Shown piece after piece: positions 24,301 through 37,499 of a stretch of 64,000 nucleotides of DNA (positions are counted from its first letter, which is position 1; each line of letters opens with the position of its first letter). Position numbers and translations under genes: made by a program. The notes below the pieces were generated by a model. That model made no database searches, was not told where the DNA came from, and saw only the letters and a program-made list of their open reading frames with translations. The stretch spans positions 283,650,001 to 283,714,000 of the forward strand of contig OZ024742.1 of NCBI GenBank assembly GCA_964016885.1, written 5' to 3'. The DNA is from Eledone cirrhosa. Taxonomy: Eukaryota.

Positions 24301-27300
24301 TAAGTCGGGAAAATCAGGAGTAATAGTGGCAGGAAGGAACCTAAATGCTGTTAAACTTTTCTGCTTATTTGGGACTGAGGTGGGAAAGGTAGGTCGGGAG
24401 GGAGGAATCTAGAGCATATTGGCAGGCAGGAACCAACCTCTTTATACTTGTTTCATCCCGTTTGCATGGGAAGGCAAGTTTTTTTAGTATGGCGTGTCAC
24501 CAGGCAACTTGATCCGTGGTCATCTCCTTTGTGAGGTTCAGTTGCATGAGATTGGTCTTCACCACATCATCCCACGTTTTTCATAGATCTTCCCCTTCCA
24601 TAGATTCCATCAATTTTAAGTACTCTGCATTTCTTTATGTACTTGTCATCCTCCATATGTCTTCTCTCTTACATACTGCATCCCATCCCTCTTGTGCCCA
24701 GTTTTTCTCTCAGTTCATTAACCCTTTAGCATTTAAACTGGCTGTATCTGGCCAGAATTCTCTCACCTCTTTCTCTTCAAATCGGCTCTAACTGGTTGCT
24801 CATACTTATGTAAGGAATTCTTCTCAAAATAAATAATATCAAAATCTCATAGATTCGATATTATGTAAGATACTTATGTGAAACAAAGTGTTTACCATGA
24901 AAATACACTAGTATATATAGAGTAATGTAAATGTTAAAGGGTTCATGCTTCATCGTTCATGTATACTACTATTACACATCCATTATAGCATGCACACCTT
25001 TCTTTCCAATCCTTAATATCTACCACACACAAAGCCCAAGTCTCGTAGGAGCCAGAACAGATATCACAATGCATTACCTCTGACCCTAACATAAATATCA
25101 CACAATCTACCTTTTAATGTTTTATATTTATATCTCTTTATTCTAGAATGATGTGAATGAGGATGCAATGGAATTAGACGGAGAAATGGAAAAAAACAAC
25201 AGGTAAAACTATTACAACTGTCTGTGTAGTATATGGTATCTATCTGTGTGTGTATGTAAATATGTATCAATCTGTGTGTGTTTGTGTATCTATCTCTATA
25301 TATGTGTATTTATCTGTGACTATGTGTATCTAAATATGTGTGTATGTGTATATATGTGTGTGGTAAGCCAGTCTCTCTTCTCTCTCTCTTTTTTATCAGA
25401 CACAATTTTCCTATCACCACATTATCTAATGTATCCTTTCCTATTTAAAAACAAAGTAAGACATAAAAATTTGGTTGTACTCATATCAGGCTGGTCAGTC
25501 AAATTGACTCCACTACTTTGACTGGTGCTATATTTTACTGATCCCAGTGGGATAAAAAACAAGTTAACCTCTGTGGGATTTCAACTCAGAATGTAAAGAC
25601 CTTGAATAAATATACAAGGCATTTTATCCAACTCTCTAATGAGCAATCCGGATAATAATAGCCTTTTCCTCTCTTTCAACACACCCTTTTAACCCTCACG
25701 TTTGAAACCTAACCCTAGTTCTATGATACAAAGCCGTTCATTTTAAAGTGTTTATATTCATCTAAAAACCTTCCCATCATAATTTTATGAAAGAATCTTT
25801 GTTACAAACACCAGCTCAATAATGTTAAATTACTAAAGCCCTTCAAATTCTTGATTATTTTCAAAATTATTTGAAAAATCATTGGGAGTGTCTATCATTA
25901 GAAATATGGTAACAAATGGGTAAAAAAAAGTATGTTTAATTGTATATTTCATTAGTTATGTGTCTACAGGCAGTCAGTTGACACAGTTGCTAAGGCTTTG
26001 GATAAAATGCAAAGCTATAGTTGTTGAAGTTCTCTGAGTTCAAATCTCACTGAGGCCCACTTTCTTTTTCATCTTTTTGGGGTTGCTAAAGAAATTACTA
26101 GCCCAGTTATAGAGCTGCCCACTCTCTATTTTTAGCTGTCATTTCATGGATGAGAGGGTCTCTGTCTGTTTGTGATTACATGGGCATTTCAGCTGGATGA
26201 AGGGTGGGAGAATCCAGAGGGTTTCTATATCTGTTCATGACTGAATAGGCACTTAAACCCTGAGTGAAAAGTTGATACACATTACCAAGTCATTCTTAAT
26301 TGCAAATGATGGCTATAATTTAGTTTTACTTTGTGTGTATATACTGTATTTCATGGCATACACAACCTCTTTTTTCCCCCTGGGACTTATAATGCAAAGT
26401 TGAAGTATCTGGTAGGTTAATGTATTTTTTTTTCTTAATATTCTCTGTTGAAATGAGGAGGGGTTTTATATGTCTAAGCATTGTATATGCCATCAAATAC
26501 AGTATGTATGTTCTGTGGCCTCTTTTCTTTCTCATAGCAGTGTACTTCAATTTACACCATAAGCTTTTGTGTATGTAGTTAGTATGTATGTTGTTGCAGT
26601 GTATCTACTGACTTCAATCTATACTACCTATACTGAATATAGTTAGTGTGTATGTTGTAATTGAGGCCGCCTTCCTGTTTTTTGTAGCAGCGTACCTATT
26701 GACTTCAATCTCTACCGCAAGTTTTGGTCTTTGCAAGATTTTTTTCGGAAACCTCTTCTTTGTTATGAGAAAGCAGCATGGTTGAGCTTTACAGCAGTAA
26801 GTATTTATTTTATTTTATGGTTACATCTGCAATATTTGTAATTCTAAGTGTGGGCATTTTGTAATTCAAAGTGAAGATTTGCCAATTCAAAATGAGATTA
26901 AAGATTTCAAAATAAGACACGATAACTTTTACACAAAAAGATTTGACTGGGATGTTTTGAAAGACAATCGGAGAGCATAAATTAACATCGTAGCATCATT
27001 TGTATTGTCAACAATGTCAACTTACCAAGTTAATTATAAGTTTTTATCACCCCAGTAATTAGGTAAAAACCTCAAAATGTGGCTGCAATATTGTATTATC
27101 AAACCAGAGGCAGTTTCAGGTGGTTTGGTATTAAAAATGTTAATCCAATGCTCTAACGACTCTGCCAATTAGCTGTTGATGGTTAAACAGAAATGAAGCA
27201 CACTTCTGAAGCACACAACTCTGCCTGCATCTATGTCTGTGTTTATTAATAAAATATGATTCATTCCTGTTCAATCATTAACTGTGAATACACTGTATAT

Positions 27301-29115
27301 ATTGTTTGTTCTCCTAATAGAATGCCAATGAAGTACTCTCAGCATTTTCTAGCTACAAGCTGGATGATATGAAATCTCCACGCAAGAAACTTAACCGCTC
27401 ATATCTTAAGGAAACCCAGACATATTTTGCCAAATACTTAACCAGTGAAAAGGTAAGATGATTTCTTACTTAGACCCACAATGCACACATACATATGTAT
27501 CACCATCATCATCATCATCATCATCTTATGTTTCTTTTCTATGCTAGCATGAGCTGGTGAGGTTCTACAAAATTTTGCTACTTTTCTCATCTGTAAATTG
27601 AATTTTTTATTACTTTTGACCATTTTCAATATTATAAAATGTCAAGTATTTCTAAAAATGCTCACTCTGGCCAACAAAAACATGTTTTGCACTATTTAGA
27701 ACACTTAATTTTGAAATTTTCTTATTGGTGGAAAATGGCATTTTCCCTCAATCTAGTCTTTGTAATACTGGACATACTGTTACCCAAGATTAAAAAAAAA
27801 CATTATCTCAAAACAGGTGTTCAGGTAGAGAGAATACCTTGGTATCTGGCAGCGGCATCATTAGGGATGGATGTACATATTGGTTTTTACCTGACTCTCG
27901 TTTCTGGCTCTGGAACATTTTTCAGCCTTATCCTAGAAACTGCTTCTGCTGGCAGGCTAAACTTAGTGTGACTGGATGCTTGGAGTTAGATAGACACCAC
28001 CAAACATTTTTAAGGCCCACTGAAATTCTGTGATGGATACAGAGTCAGTGTGGAAACTTGATTGATTGATTTTGGTCAATTTTCAGGCAGATTATAAAAT
28101 GCAATATTTTTGCAATGATTTAACAGAAAATATTTTAAAACAGGTTTGTTAATTCAAATATTTATAGTATCTTTACTAGTTTGACAGATCTTTGTTAAAA
28201 TTTTCATTATTGGATTAGAAACTTTTAATTTTTAATATGATGCAGTCATAGTGCTGTTTTATACTTATCAATAATGTTTTGATAATGAAGTTTCATGTGG
28301 TACAAGACATTAAGAGTCAATGCTCACTTTCACCCAATAAAACATGCTGATAAAAATTATTAATCTATTCAACCCATACCAGATGTATTGTGTGTGTGTG
28401 AGGATATGACCAAAATAAGCATATATCTTTCCTTCATATTGCAGTTACTTGACCTCCAACTATCAGACAGTAATTTCCGGAGATATGTACTGGCACAGTT
28501 CCTGATCCTTATCCAATACCTCAATGCTCCTGTCAAGTTTAAAAAGTAAGTCAGTTGCTGAAACAGCACAGAGAGAGATAGACTTATCCATTTAACATTT
28601 ACATTACTCTATATATACTATTGTATTTTCACAGGAAACACTTTATTTCACATAATTATCTCACATAATATCGAATCTATGAGATTTTGATATTATTTAT
28701 TTTGAGAACTTAAATACAAGCAGCCACTTATGGCTGGTTTGAACAGAAAGAGGTGAGAGAATTCTATCAGGATACGGCACTGTATATATGTATATATACA
28801 GTGAAGGCGCATGGCTTAGTGGTTAGAGCATTGGGCTTGCAATCGAAAGGTTGTGAGTTCAATTCTCGGACCGGGTGATGTGTTTTTTCCTTGAGCAAGA
28901 CACTTTATTTCACATTGCTCCAGTTTTCTCAGCTGTAGAAATGAGATGATAGGACTGGGGTCCCTATCATTCGACTGCAAAGTGGTCGTGGAGGTGCCAC
29001 GGTAAAAAAGCACCCAGCCCACACTGTAAAGTGGACGTGTAGGCGCCACAACAGGACAACCCGTCTAATCCATGCTAGCGTGGAAGAAAGGATGTAAAAC
29101 GGTCATGATGATATG

Positions 29116-29146
<31 letters not shown>

Positions 29147-32100
29147 ATATATGTATATATATATATCATCATCATTTCATTTTACGTCCGCTTTTCCCTG
29201 CTTGCAAGGGTGGGACGGGAACTGATTCTGACTTGATTTCTACAGCTGGATGCCCTTCCTCACACCAGCCTCATTTACTGCGAGTGCTGGGTGCTTTTTT
29301 TCTGTGGCACCTACACGGCCACTTTACATTGGAATGATAGGGACCCCAGTCCCTATCATCTCATTTCTACAGCTGAGTGAATTGGAGCAATGTGAAATAA
29401 AGTGTCTTGCTCAAGGAAACAACACATCACCCGGTCTGAGAATTGAACTCACAACCTTTCGATTGCAAGGCCAATGCTCTAACCACTAAGCCATATGTAT
29501 ATATATTATATATGTATATTATATATATGTATATTATATATATGTATATTATATATGTATATATATGTATATATATATATTATATATATATATATATATA
29601 AAACAAAGGAATTGTGGTAAGGAACCAGTTGGACCATAACGCACCAGATTACTCAATACTTAGGGTAGTAGAGTGGGAAATAGGAAAAAGTATGACCCCG
29701 ACGGCAGAGGTCAAGCCGTTTCGACGGCTATTTCTGTCCAGAAATAGCTGTCGAAATGGCTTGAGCTCTGCCGTCGGGGTCATACTTTTTCCTATATATA
29801 TATATATACTAGCAGAAGTACCCGGCGTTGCCCGGGTGTAAGTCGACCTTTGGTCTGTTAGAATGTGTGAAAGTTACTTCCCGCGCATCACAGGTTCAAA
29901 ACTTCGAACTTCAATAGAAAAAAATAGGTTAGTAGACACAGGTGTGTAATTTATTAATTGTAGTTACACAGTGTATCGTTGAAATTGTTCTCTGCACGAC
30001 TGACGGAAGTCAAAATCCCTTGATATTGAATGTTCAGTTAATTTAAAGCAGGGTGAAAATGTCGATTACTTTCAGGGTTTTTTTTTTTTACAATTTTTGC
30101 GCTCACATGTGCAGAAGAAGAATTAAAAGGGCCTTTATCTTAACCGCGGCATAATGGCGAGTCTTTTGTGAGTTTTCAAGAATATAGGACGTTCCTGTAA
30201 AAAGTTTTCCCATGTGTAACTTTGCCTTGTTTTTTTGCGCAAAGTCGAGCCCCGCTTCAGTTTTATTGATTTTTTACATCAATGCGTGATCGCTGAAGTA
30301 GATTTGAGTAGCTAAAAACCTGTCCCGGTAAATTTGCTATAGGTGAAAAAAAGTTGATCAAAATTGTATCTAGGGTCATTGCCCTTTGCCACAGCCTCAA
30401 GCCTCGTCTGACGGGATGTTGGTGATTCCTCCGTCAGCGCTTGTTGGCGACGAAGGCGAACATCAGCAAGCCTTGTCGTACGTGATGTTGGTGACTCAAC
30501 CAGCCGGGAAAGACGTCTATCAGCGAGTCGAGATTCGCGCTCAGCAGGTGTTTCCTAGAGAAAATTAATTAATTCTACTGGTTAGCTAAGCCAATGGCAG
30601 TGTCAATAGTAAATGAGAAAAGTCTAACATGAACAAAAGGGAATCAAGGTAAGACAATAAATTTAATATAACTACGATTAGAATGTTGTAGTTGCTTAAA
30701 AGTGGTGACAGTTAGGATAAACGCAGTACTTGCTAACATTAAGGGAGAATATTGCATAAAGGATTAATCAATTGTGAATGAACTCATACCTGAGAACGCC
30801 TAATTCGTTGTCTCAAAGCAATAGCTGTACCTTTTTTGGAGGTAAGTCTTGAACGTTTCCGTGTGGGCATAACGACGTGTAACGAAGCTGTTAGGTTAGA
30901 GAGAGGTGATTAAATACAGAGAGAGATGACACCAGATTCGTTAGCATGGTTACTGGTGAATGGGAAGGTTTGGAAATATGATTACAATAACTTACCGAAT
31001 TTTCCCGTCTATAAATTGTACTTAAAATAATTAAATTTAATCAAAAAACAGCTCTGCGCTTTATACTCCGGTGAGCCTTATGTATAAATAATAAAATGGT
31101 AATCAATCACGGCTCTAACAGAAGTAATAGATCTAGACTAAAAGTAAAGAAGATAGCATTTTCTGGTTGGCCTTACACGCCGTTGCGCGGACCTGATTTT
31201 AAATGATACGCCTTATATCCTGGTGAGCCTTATAGAGCGGAAAATATCTATTGGAAAAGAATACGAATTCATGACCAAGGTGTGACAAAATAGGCGTCTA
31301 TACAGCGCCTGAAACAAACTTGTCCAAAACCCTAGGATTTTTCTCGTTAAGTATCCACCCAAAAGGAACCGTTTTTTAGTTACAAAAAATAACCAAAGTG
31401 TATAGTAGCTATATTTCTGACATATCATGCCAAAAAGAACAATATATTCAAAAAATGTTCTAAAGTACATTCAATCTCTCTTTTTGACCGATATCTTAAT
31501 AAGCAAGTTATCGATTTTTTATTGGCTGTCAGTGTCTATCTGCATGCAGGTGTGCACGTGTGCGCAATTAATTGCAAATACGCTCATAACATTTAGTCGT
31601 AAGCAGAACAAAAAATGCCATTAGAGGTGGGCTAATAATGAAGACACAAACCCTGGTGAACTTGCGTTTAAACACCCGAAAAGTTACTCACTTCCTGTGC
31701 AAAAGACTGTATTATAAATTAAGTAATTTTTTAGAATCTTTTTAAAAAGGGAAAACATTGGTACAACGTAAATTTTTTTACTTGTATTGTATGTGTACAA
31801 CACAACTTGGTCAACGTATTATTTAGTAATTTTTTTTTCAAAAAGCATGATTATTTAAGACTGTTTGAAAATTTACTCACAGCTTTTAGGTTCACAAAAG
31901 ACACCATTAAATTTGGTTCCCTTTTCAGATAGGGATAATACTGTATTTCCACTTGAATAAGGTGGAATATGAAAAGATAAACTCTTTAATGGTCGGTCGT
32001 TTACTGAGACAGCTGGGAAGACATGCAGCTGGCCGTCCAATCAATAACGCACGTCCTTATATGGGCATATGAAATTTATTTTTATTGCGCCAGATGTAAA

Positions 32101-32320
32101 CTAAGAGTTCTTGTGTTCAAATTCACATAAAATTTCATTGGAATCGAAAAACATTCTGTTATAGGGCCCGATTATCGATTTTTCGAAAATTTCAAGTAGC
32201 CTATTCCACTCTACGCGTTGAGTTTTATATATATGTGAGGTTTCATGAAAATTTCACTAAACAATGTCCATCTTCCCTTTATATATATAGATTATACGTA
32301 TATATATATATATATTATAC

Positions 32321-32352
<32 letters not shown>

Positions 32353-32575
32353 TATACATATATATATTATACGTATATATATATATTATACGTATATATA
32401 TATATATATTATACATATATATATATATGTATATATATATATATTATACGTATATATATATATTATACGTATATATATATTATACGTATATATATATATA
32501 TATTATACGTATATATATATATATATTATACGTATATATATATATATATATATTATACGTATATATATATATATA

Positions 32576-32615
<40 letters not shown>

Positions 32616-35600
32616 CGTATATATATATATATATATTATATGTATATATATATATATATATATTATATGTATATATATTCATTTCATTCATTCATTCATT
32701 TCATTTTACGTCCGCTTTTCCCTGCTTGCAAGGGTGGGACAGGAACTGATTCTGGCTTGATTTCTACAGCTGGATGCCCTTCCTAACACCAACCTCATTT
32801 ACAGTGAGTGATGGGGGCTTTTTTGCCGTGGCACCTCCACGACCACTTTGCAGTGGAATGATACAGACCCCAGTCCCTATCATCTCATTTCTACAGCTGT
32901 ATATATATTATATATAGACAATATGCCCCCACACCCCCCACCGCAAGGTGGTCGTGGAGGTGCCACGGCAAAAAAGCACCCAGCCCACACTGTAAAGTGG
33001 ACGTGTAGGCGCCACGAAAAAGCACCCAGCACTCACTGTAAATGAGGTTGGTGTTAGGAAGGGCATCCAGCTGTAGAAATCAAGCCAAATCAGTTCCTGT
33101 ATAAGCAAGGCATGGTCAGCCGACCAGACACTGCCCACAACAGGACAACCCGTCTAACCCATGCTAGCGTGGAAGAACGGACGTAAAACGGTGATGATGA
33201 TGATGATGATGATTATATATATATATTATATGTATATATATTACTAGCATTAAAGCCCGGCGTTGCTCGGGGTCATTAAGTTACCAAAGTTAGGTTGCAC
33301 CACCCATTTTATGGCATCACTTTTTTGTCTGCCAGGCACTGGGTGAATGAATTGCAGACCTGGAAGCAGGAGCTGCGCCAGCAGTGACAATTGTAGTTTC
33401 ACCTATGGATATTATCTCTGTGCAAAAAAAGTGTTGAAATTTATTGTTTCACAGTACTTGCTCAACACGCGCGTAGACGATGCCAGCCGAACAACAGAGC
33501 TGCGATGGAGTTGTTCTGCATGGTTGTCTGTGTGTTTTCTAAATTTAAGACAGTAGGGAGGGTTGTGATATGAGGGAGAGTTAGCTGTTGTTTCTAGCAG
33601 GTTTAGTGATCTCATGGAGGATATGTGTTTTCTAAATTTAAGACAGTAGGGAGTGGTGTGATATGGGGGAGAGTTAGCTGCTGTTTCTAGCAGGTTTAGT
33701 GACCTCATAGAAGATATGTTTTCTAAATTTAAGACAGTAGGGAGGGGTGTGGTATGGGGGAGAGTTAGCTGCTGTTTCTAGCAGATTTAGTAACTTCATA
33801 GAGGATATGTGTTTTCTAAATTTAAGACAGTAGGGAGTGGTGTGATATGGGGGAGAGTTAGCTGCTGTTTCTAGCAGGTTTAGTGACCTCATAGAGGATA
33901 TTATTGTTTATCATTATCTATAAAAGGCAGATTGTTGTTGTTGTTGAAGTGAGTGTGTGTTTGTATGCGTTTGGAAAAGAGGTTTTAAAAAAGATTTATC
34001 GCTTGTTGTTGAATAAATGTATCTGTTGCTTTTGAATAATTGTCGTTTCGTATGAAATGTAATAATTGTTTCTACTTTTTTGGCACAAGGCCAGCAATTA
34101 CCCAGTACATTACTGGTTCTTTATGTAATAATAAACGTTCTCTATCTCTCTCCCTCTCACCTCTCTCTCTCTTCGGCAATCACGCACGTTGTCAGATGAT
34201 ATGAGAGAGTAAAACGGACAGTATCACCATCAAGCTTGGAAAGAGAAAGTAGCAGAAAGTATGAAGTTGTATAGATTTTGAATGGTAGTGGAAAGAGTTT
34301 AGCAGTTTAAATGACAGAGGAAAATCGTAAAATATTGAGTTTTATCTATTTTTTGCGTAATTGTGGGTGAAATTGAAAAAATTAGATGTGCCAAGACGCA
34401 ATCGATGCTATGTCGAATACTGAATTGTAAATTTCAATTGAAGAAATTCTATATCGTAAATTTCTATAAGAAAGGAGCATGACCACACACTGAGCTTTAT
34501 AGATTATGATATATATATATATATATTATATGTATATATATTATATATATATATATATATTATATATATATATATATTATATGTATATATATTATATATA
34601 TATTATATGTATATATATTATATATATATATATATTATATATATATATATATTATATGTATATATATTCATCATCATCATCATCAGGTTTAGCGTCCGTG
34701 TTCCACGCTTGCATGGGTTTGGACGGGGGTTTTCTCCACTTGAGGCAAGAGTGGTTGTCTTGCTCGCATAGGACTGTCTGGCGGGTTTTCTACAGTTGGA
34801 TGCCCTTCCTAACACCAACCACATTTACAGTGTGGGGCTGGGAGGTTTTTACCGTGTTGCCTACACGGCCACATTACAGCGTGGACTGTCTGGCGGGTTT
34901 TCTACAGCTGGATGCCCTTCCTAACATCAACCACATTTACAGTGTGGGGCTGGGAGGTTTTTACCGTGTTGCCTACACGGCCACATTTACAGCGTGGACT
35001 GTGTGTTTTTTGTCGTGACACCTACACGATCTCATTTGTTTCGGCCTGGATGTTGTGGGACCAACATAACTTTACATTGAAAGGGGCGGTGTGGGTGGGG
35101 TGGAGATGGTGGGACGGGGGTGTGTTTTGATAGAGATGCCTACTGACTGTAGTAGGTTTTTACTTTGTATTTAGGTAAGGCGGGTCTTCTCTATTACTGA
35201 GTACCGCCAAAGGTCTCGGTCCAGTGACATTGTCTTGGAGAGGTGTAAGCGTGTGAGGTCGGAATTTATCAGCTCGTCCCATGTTTTTCTGGGTCTGCCT
35301 ACTCCGTGGCTACCGTCTATCTTTATTGCCCTGCACTTTGTTATACAGCTGTCGTCTTTCATGCGCATCACGTGACCGTACCAACGTAGCCTTCTCTCGA
35401 GTAAACAACATCTGATCCCTCTTATTTCTAATTTTTTCCTTAGTTCGTTTATGCTTTGCCGTTCACGTATATTACTATTGCACATCCAGCGGAGCATGCA
35501 AGCTTCGTTCCTCTCTAGTCTGCGTATATCCTCTGCACACAATGCCCAGGTCTCACTGCCATGCAGCATTGCTGTTCGTATGCAGGCATCGTATAACCTG

Positions 35601-37018
35601 CCTTTCATTTTTAGGGAGAGCCCTCTAGCGGCTAATAGTGGTATAAGCTCTCTGAACTTTTTCCATCCAGTTCTGACTCTAGCTACTGTACTTTCAGAGC
35701 ACCCTCCCCCACTGCTGATTTTGTCACCCAGATAACGGAAGCTGTCCACTATTTCTATAGAACCCTCTGCGCAGTTGAAGGAGCTAGTATTTTGTGGGCA
35801 CTTGCTGCTACTTATTGCACCAGAGCACCGGCCACATGTAAAATCTATGTTCTTAGTTAGCTTACCTGTGATCCCACTACATCTTTTATGCACCCATACT
35901 TTGCATTTGGGACATAAAATGGAGTTTCTACCTACGCCTTTCCTGCACACTGAGCATGGCCATTTCCCAGATGGGACCGCCGCCTTATTTTCTTTCCTAC
36001 AAACTAGAACTTTAGTCTTAGCCAGGTTAATTTTAAGGCCTTTTGATTCTAGGCCGTGCTTCCATGTTTGGAATTTCTTCTCTAGTTCGGTCATTGATTC
36101 AGCTATGAGCGTTAGATCATCTGCGTATAGGAGTTCCCATGAGCAGCCGGTCTTGAACTCCTCTGTTATAGCCTGAAGGGCAATAATAAATAGTAGGGGG
36201 CTAAGAACAGAGCCCTGATGGACACCAACTTTTACGCTAAACTCTTCACTATATTCGTTGTTAATTCTAACCTTACTGACTGTTTCTTTATACATGGCTT
36301 GTATAGCTCTCACAAGCCATTCGTCAACACCTAGTTTTCTAAGAGCCCACCAGATAATGGAATGGGGGACTCTGTCGAAGGCTTTCTCCAAGTCGACGAA
36401 AGCTAAGTATAGGGGTTTACTTTTAGCTAGGTACTTCTCCTGTAGTTGTCGTACAATGAAAAGAGCGTCTGTGGTACTTTTGCCTGACACAAACCCGAAC
36501 TGCATTTCATCTAGATCAATTCTCTCTCTGATTAGTTGCGCTATTACTTTTTCCGTGACCTTCATGACCTGGTCGATTAATTTAATGCCTCTATAGTTAC
36601 TCCTATCTAGGGCATCTCCTTTTCCCTTATAGCAGTTAACGATGATGCTGCTACGCCATTCCTTCGGAACAACCCCATTCTGTACGACTTGGTTAACTAT
36701 CCGGGTGACCATGGTGTGTCCCACCGAACCAGATGCCTTCAGCATCTCAGCAACTATTTCCGAAGGCCCAGCCGCCTTACCCGTCTTCATATCTTTGATT
36801 GCCTTACTTATTATACTACCTTCAACTAACACTGCTGCTCCCTCTATTGGATCGATCTGGGGGAGACTGTCTTTCTCCCATTTGTTCTCCTCATTTAGAA
36901 GCCTTTCGTAGTGACACTTCCAAGCTACCTTCTTATCAGCGTCGGTGATGGCAAGTATGCCATCATCGTTAAGCACACAGTTCTCCCCGACAATATCACG
37001 GTTTTCCTTGACACATAT

Positions 37019-37050
<32 letters not shown>

Positions 37051-37448
37051 ATATATATATTATATATATTATATGTATATATATTATATATATATATATA
37101 TATTATATCATTTCATTTTTCATTTCATTTTACGTCCACTTTTCCCTGCTTGCAAGGGTGGGACTGGAACTGATTCTGGCTTGATTTCTACAGCTGGATG
37201 CCCTTCCTAACACCAACCTCATTTACAGTGAGTGCTGGGTGCGTTTTTGCTGTGGCACCTACACGTCCACTTTACAGTGGAATGATATGGACCCCAGTCC
37301 CTATCATCTCATTTCTACAGCTGAGTAAACTGGAGCAATGTGAAATAAAGTGTCTTGCTCAAGGAAACAACACATCACCCGGTCTGAGAATTGAACTCAC
37401 AACCTTTCGATTGCAAGGCCAATGCTCTAACCACTGAGCCATGTGCCT

Positions 37449-37499
<51 letters not shown>

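Noticed and set aside
28803-28875. tRNA gene
   Set aside because: A/B boxes are present, but it is the head of a multi-copy SINE with no complete cloverleaf.
30386-30568. Plus-strand 60-aa ORF as a captured host gene
   Set aside because: The meaningful frame is on the minus strand (Helitron STPR-like repeats).
33531-33900. CRISPR-like appearance of regular repeats (also 57625-57975)
   Set aside because: Units are contiguous or have related spacers, there are no cas genes, and the context is eukaryotic gene-associated DNA.
35451-36911. Plus-strand ORFs opposite the RTE RT (also 56265-56897, 59521-60129)
   Set aside because: Antisense shadows of LINE coding sequence.
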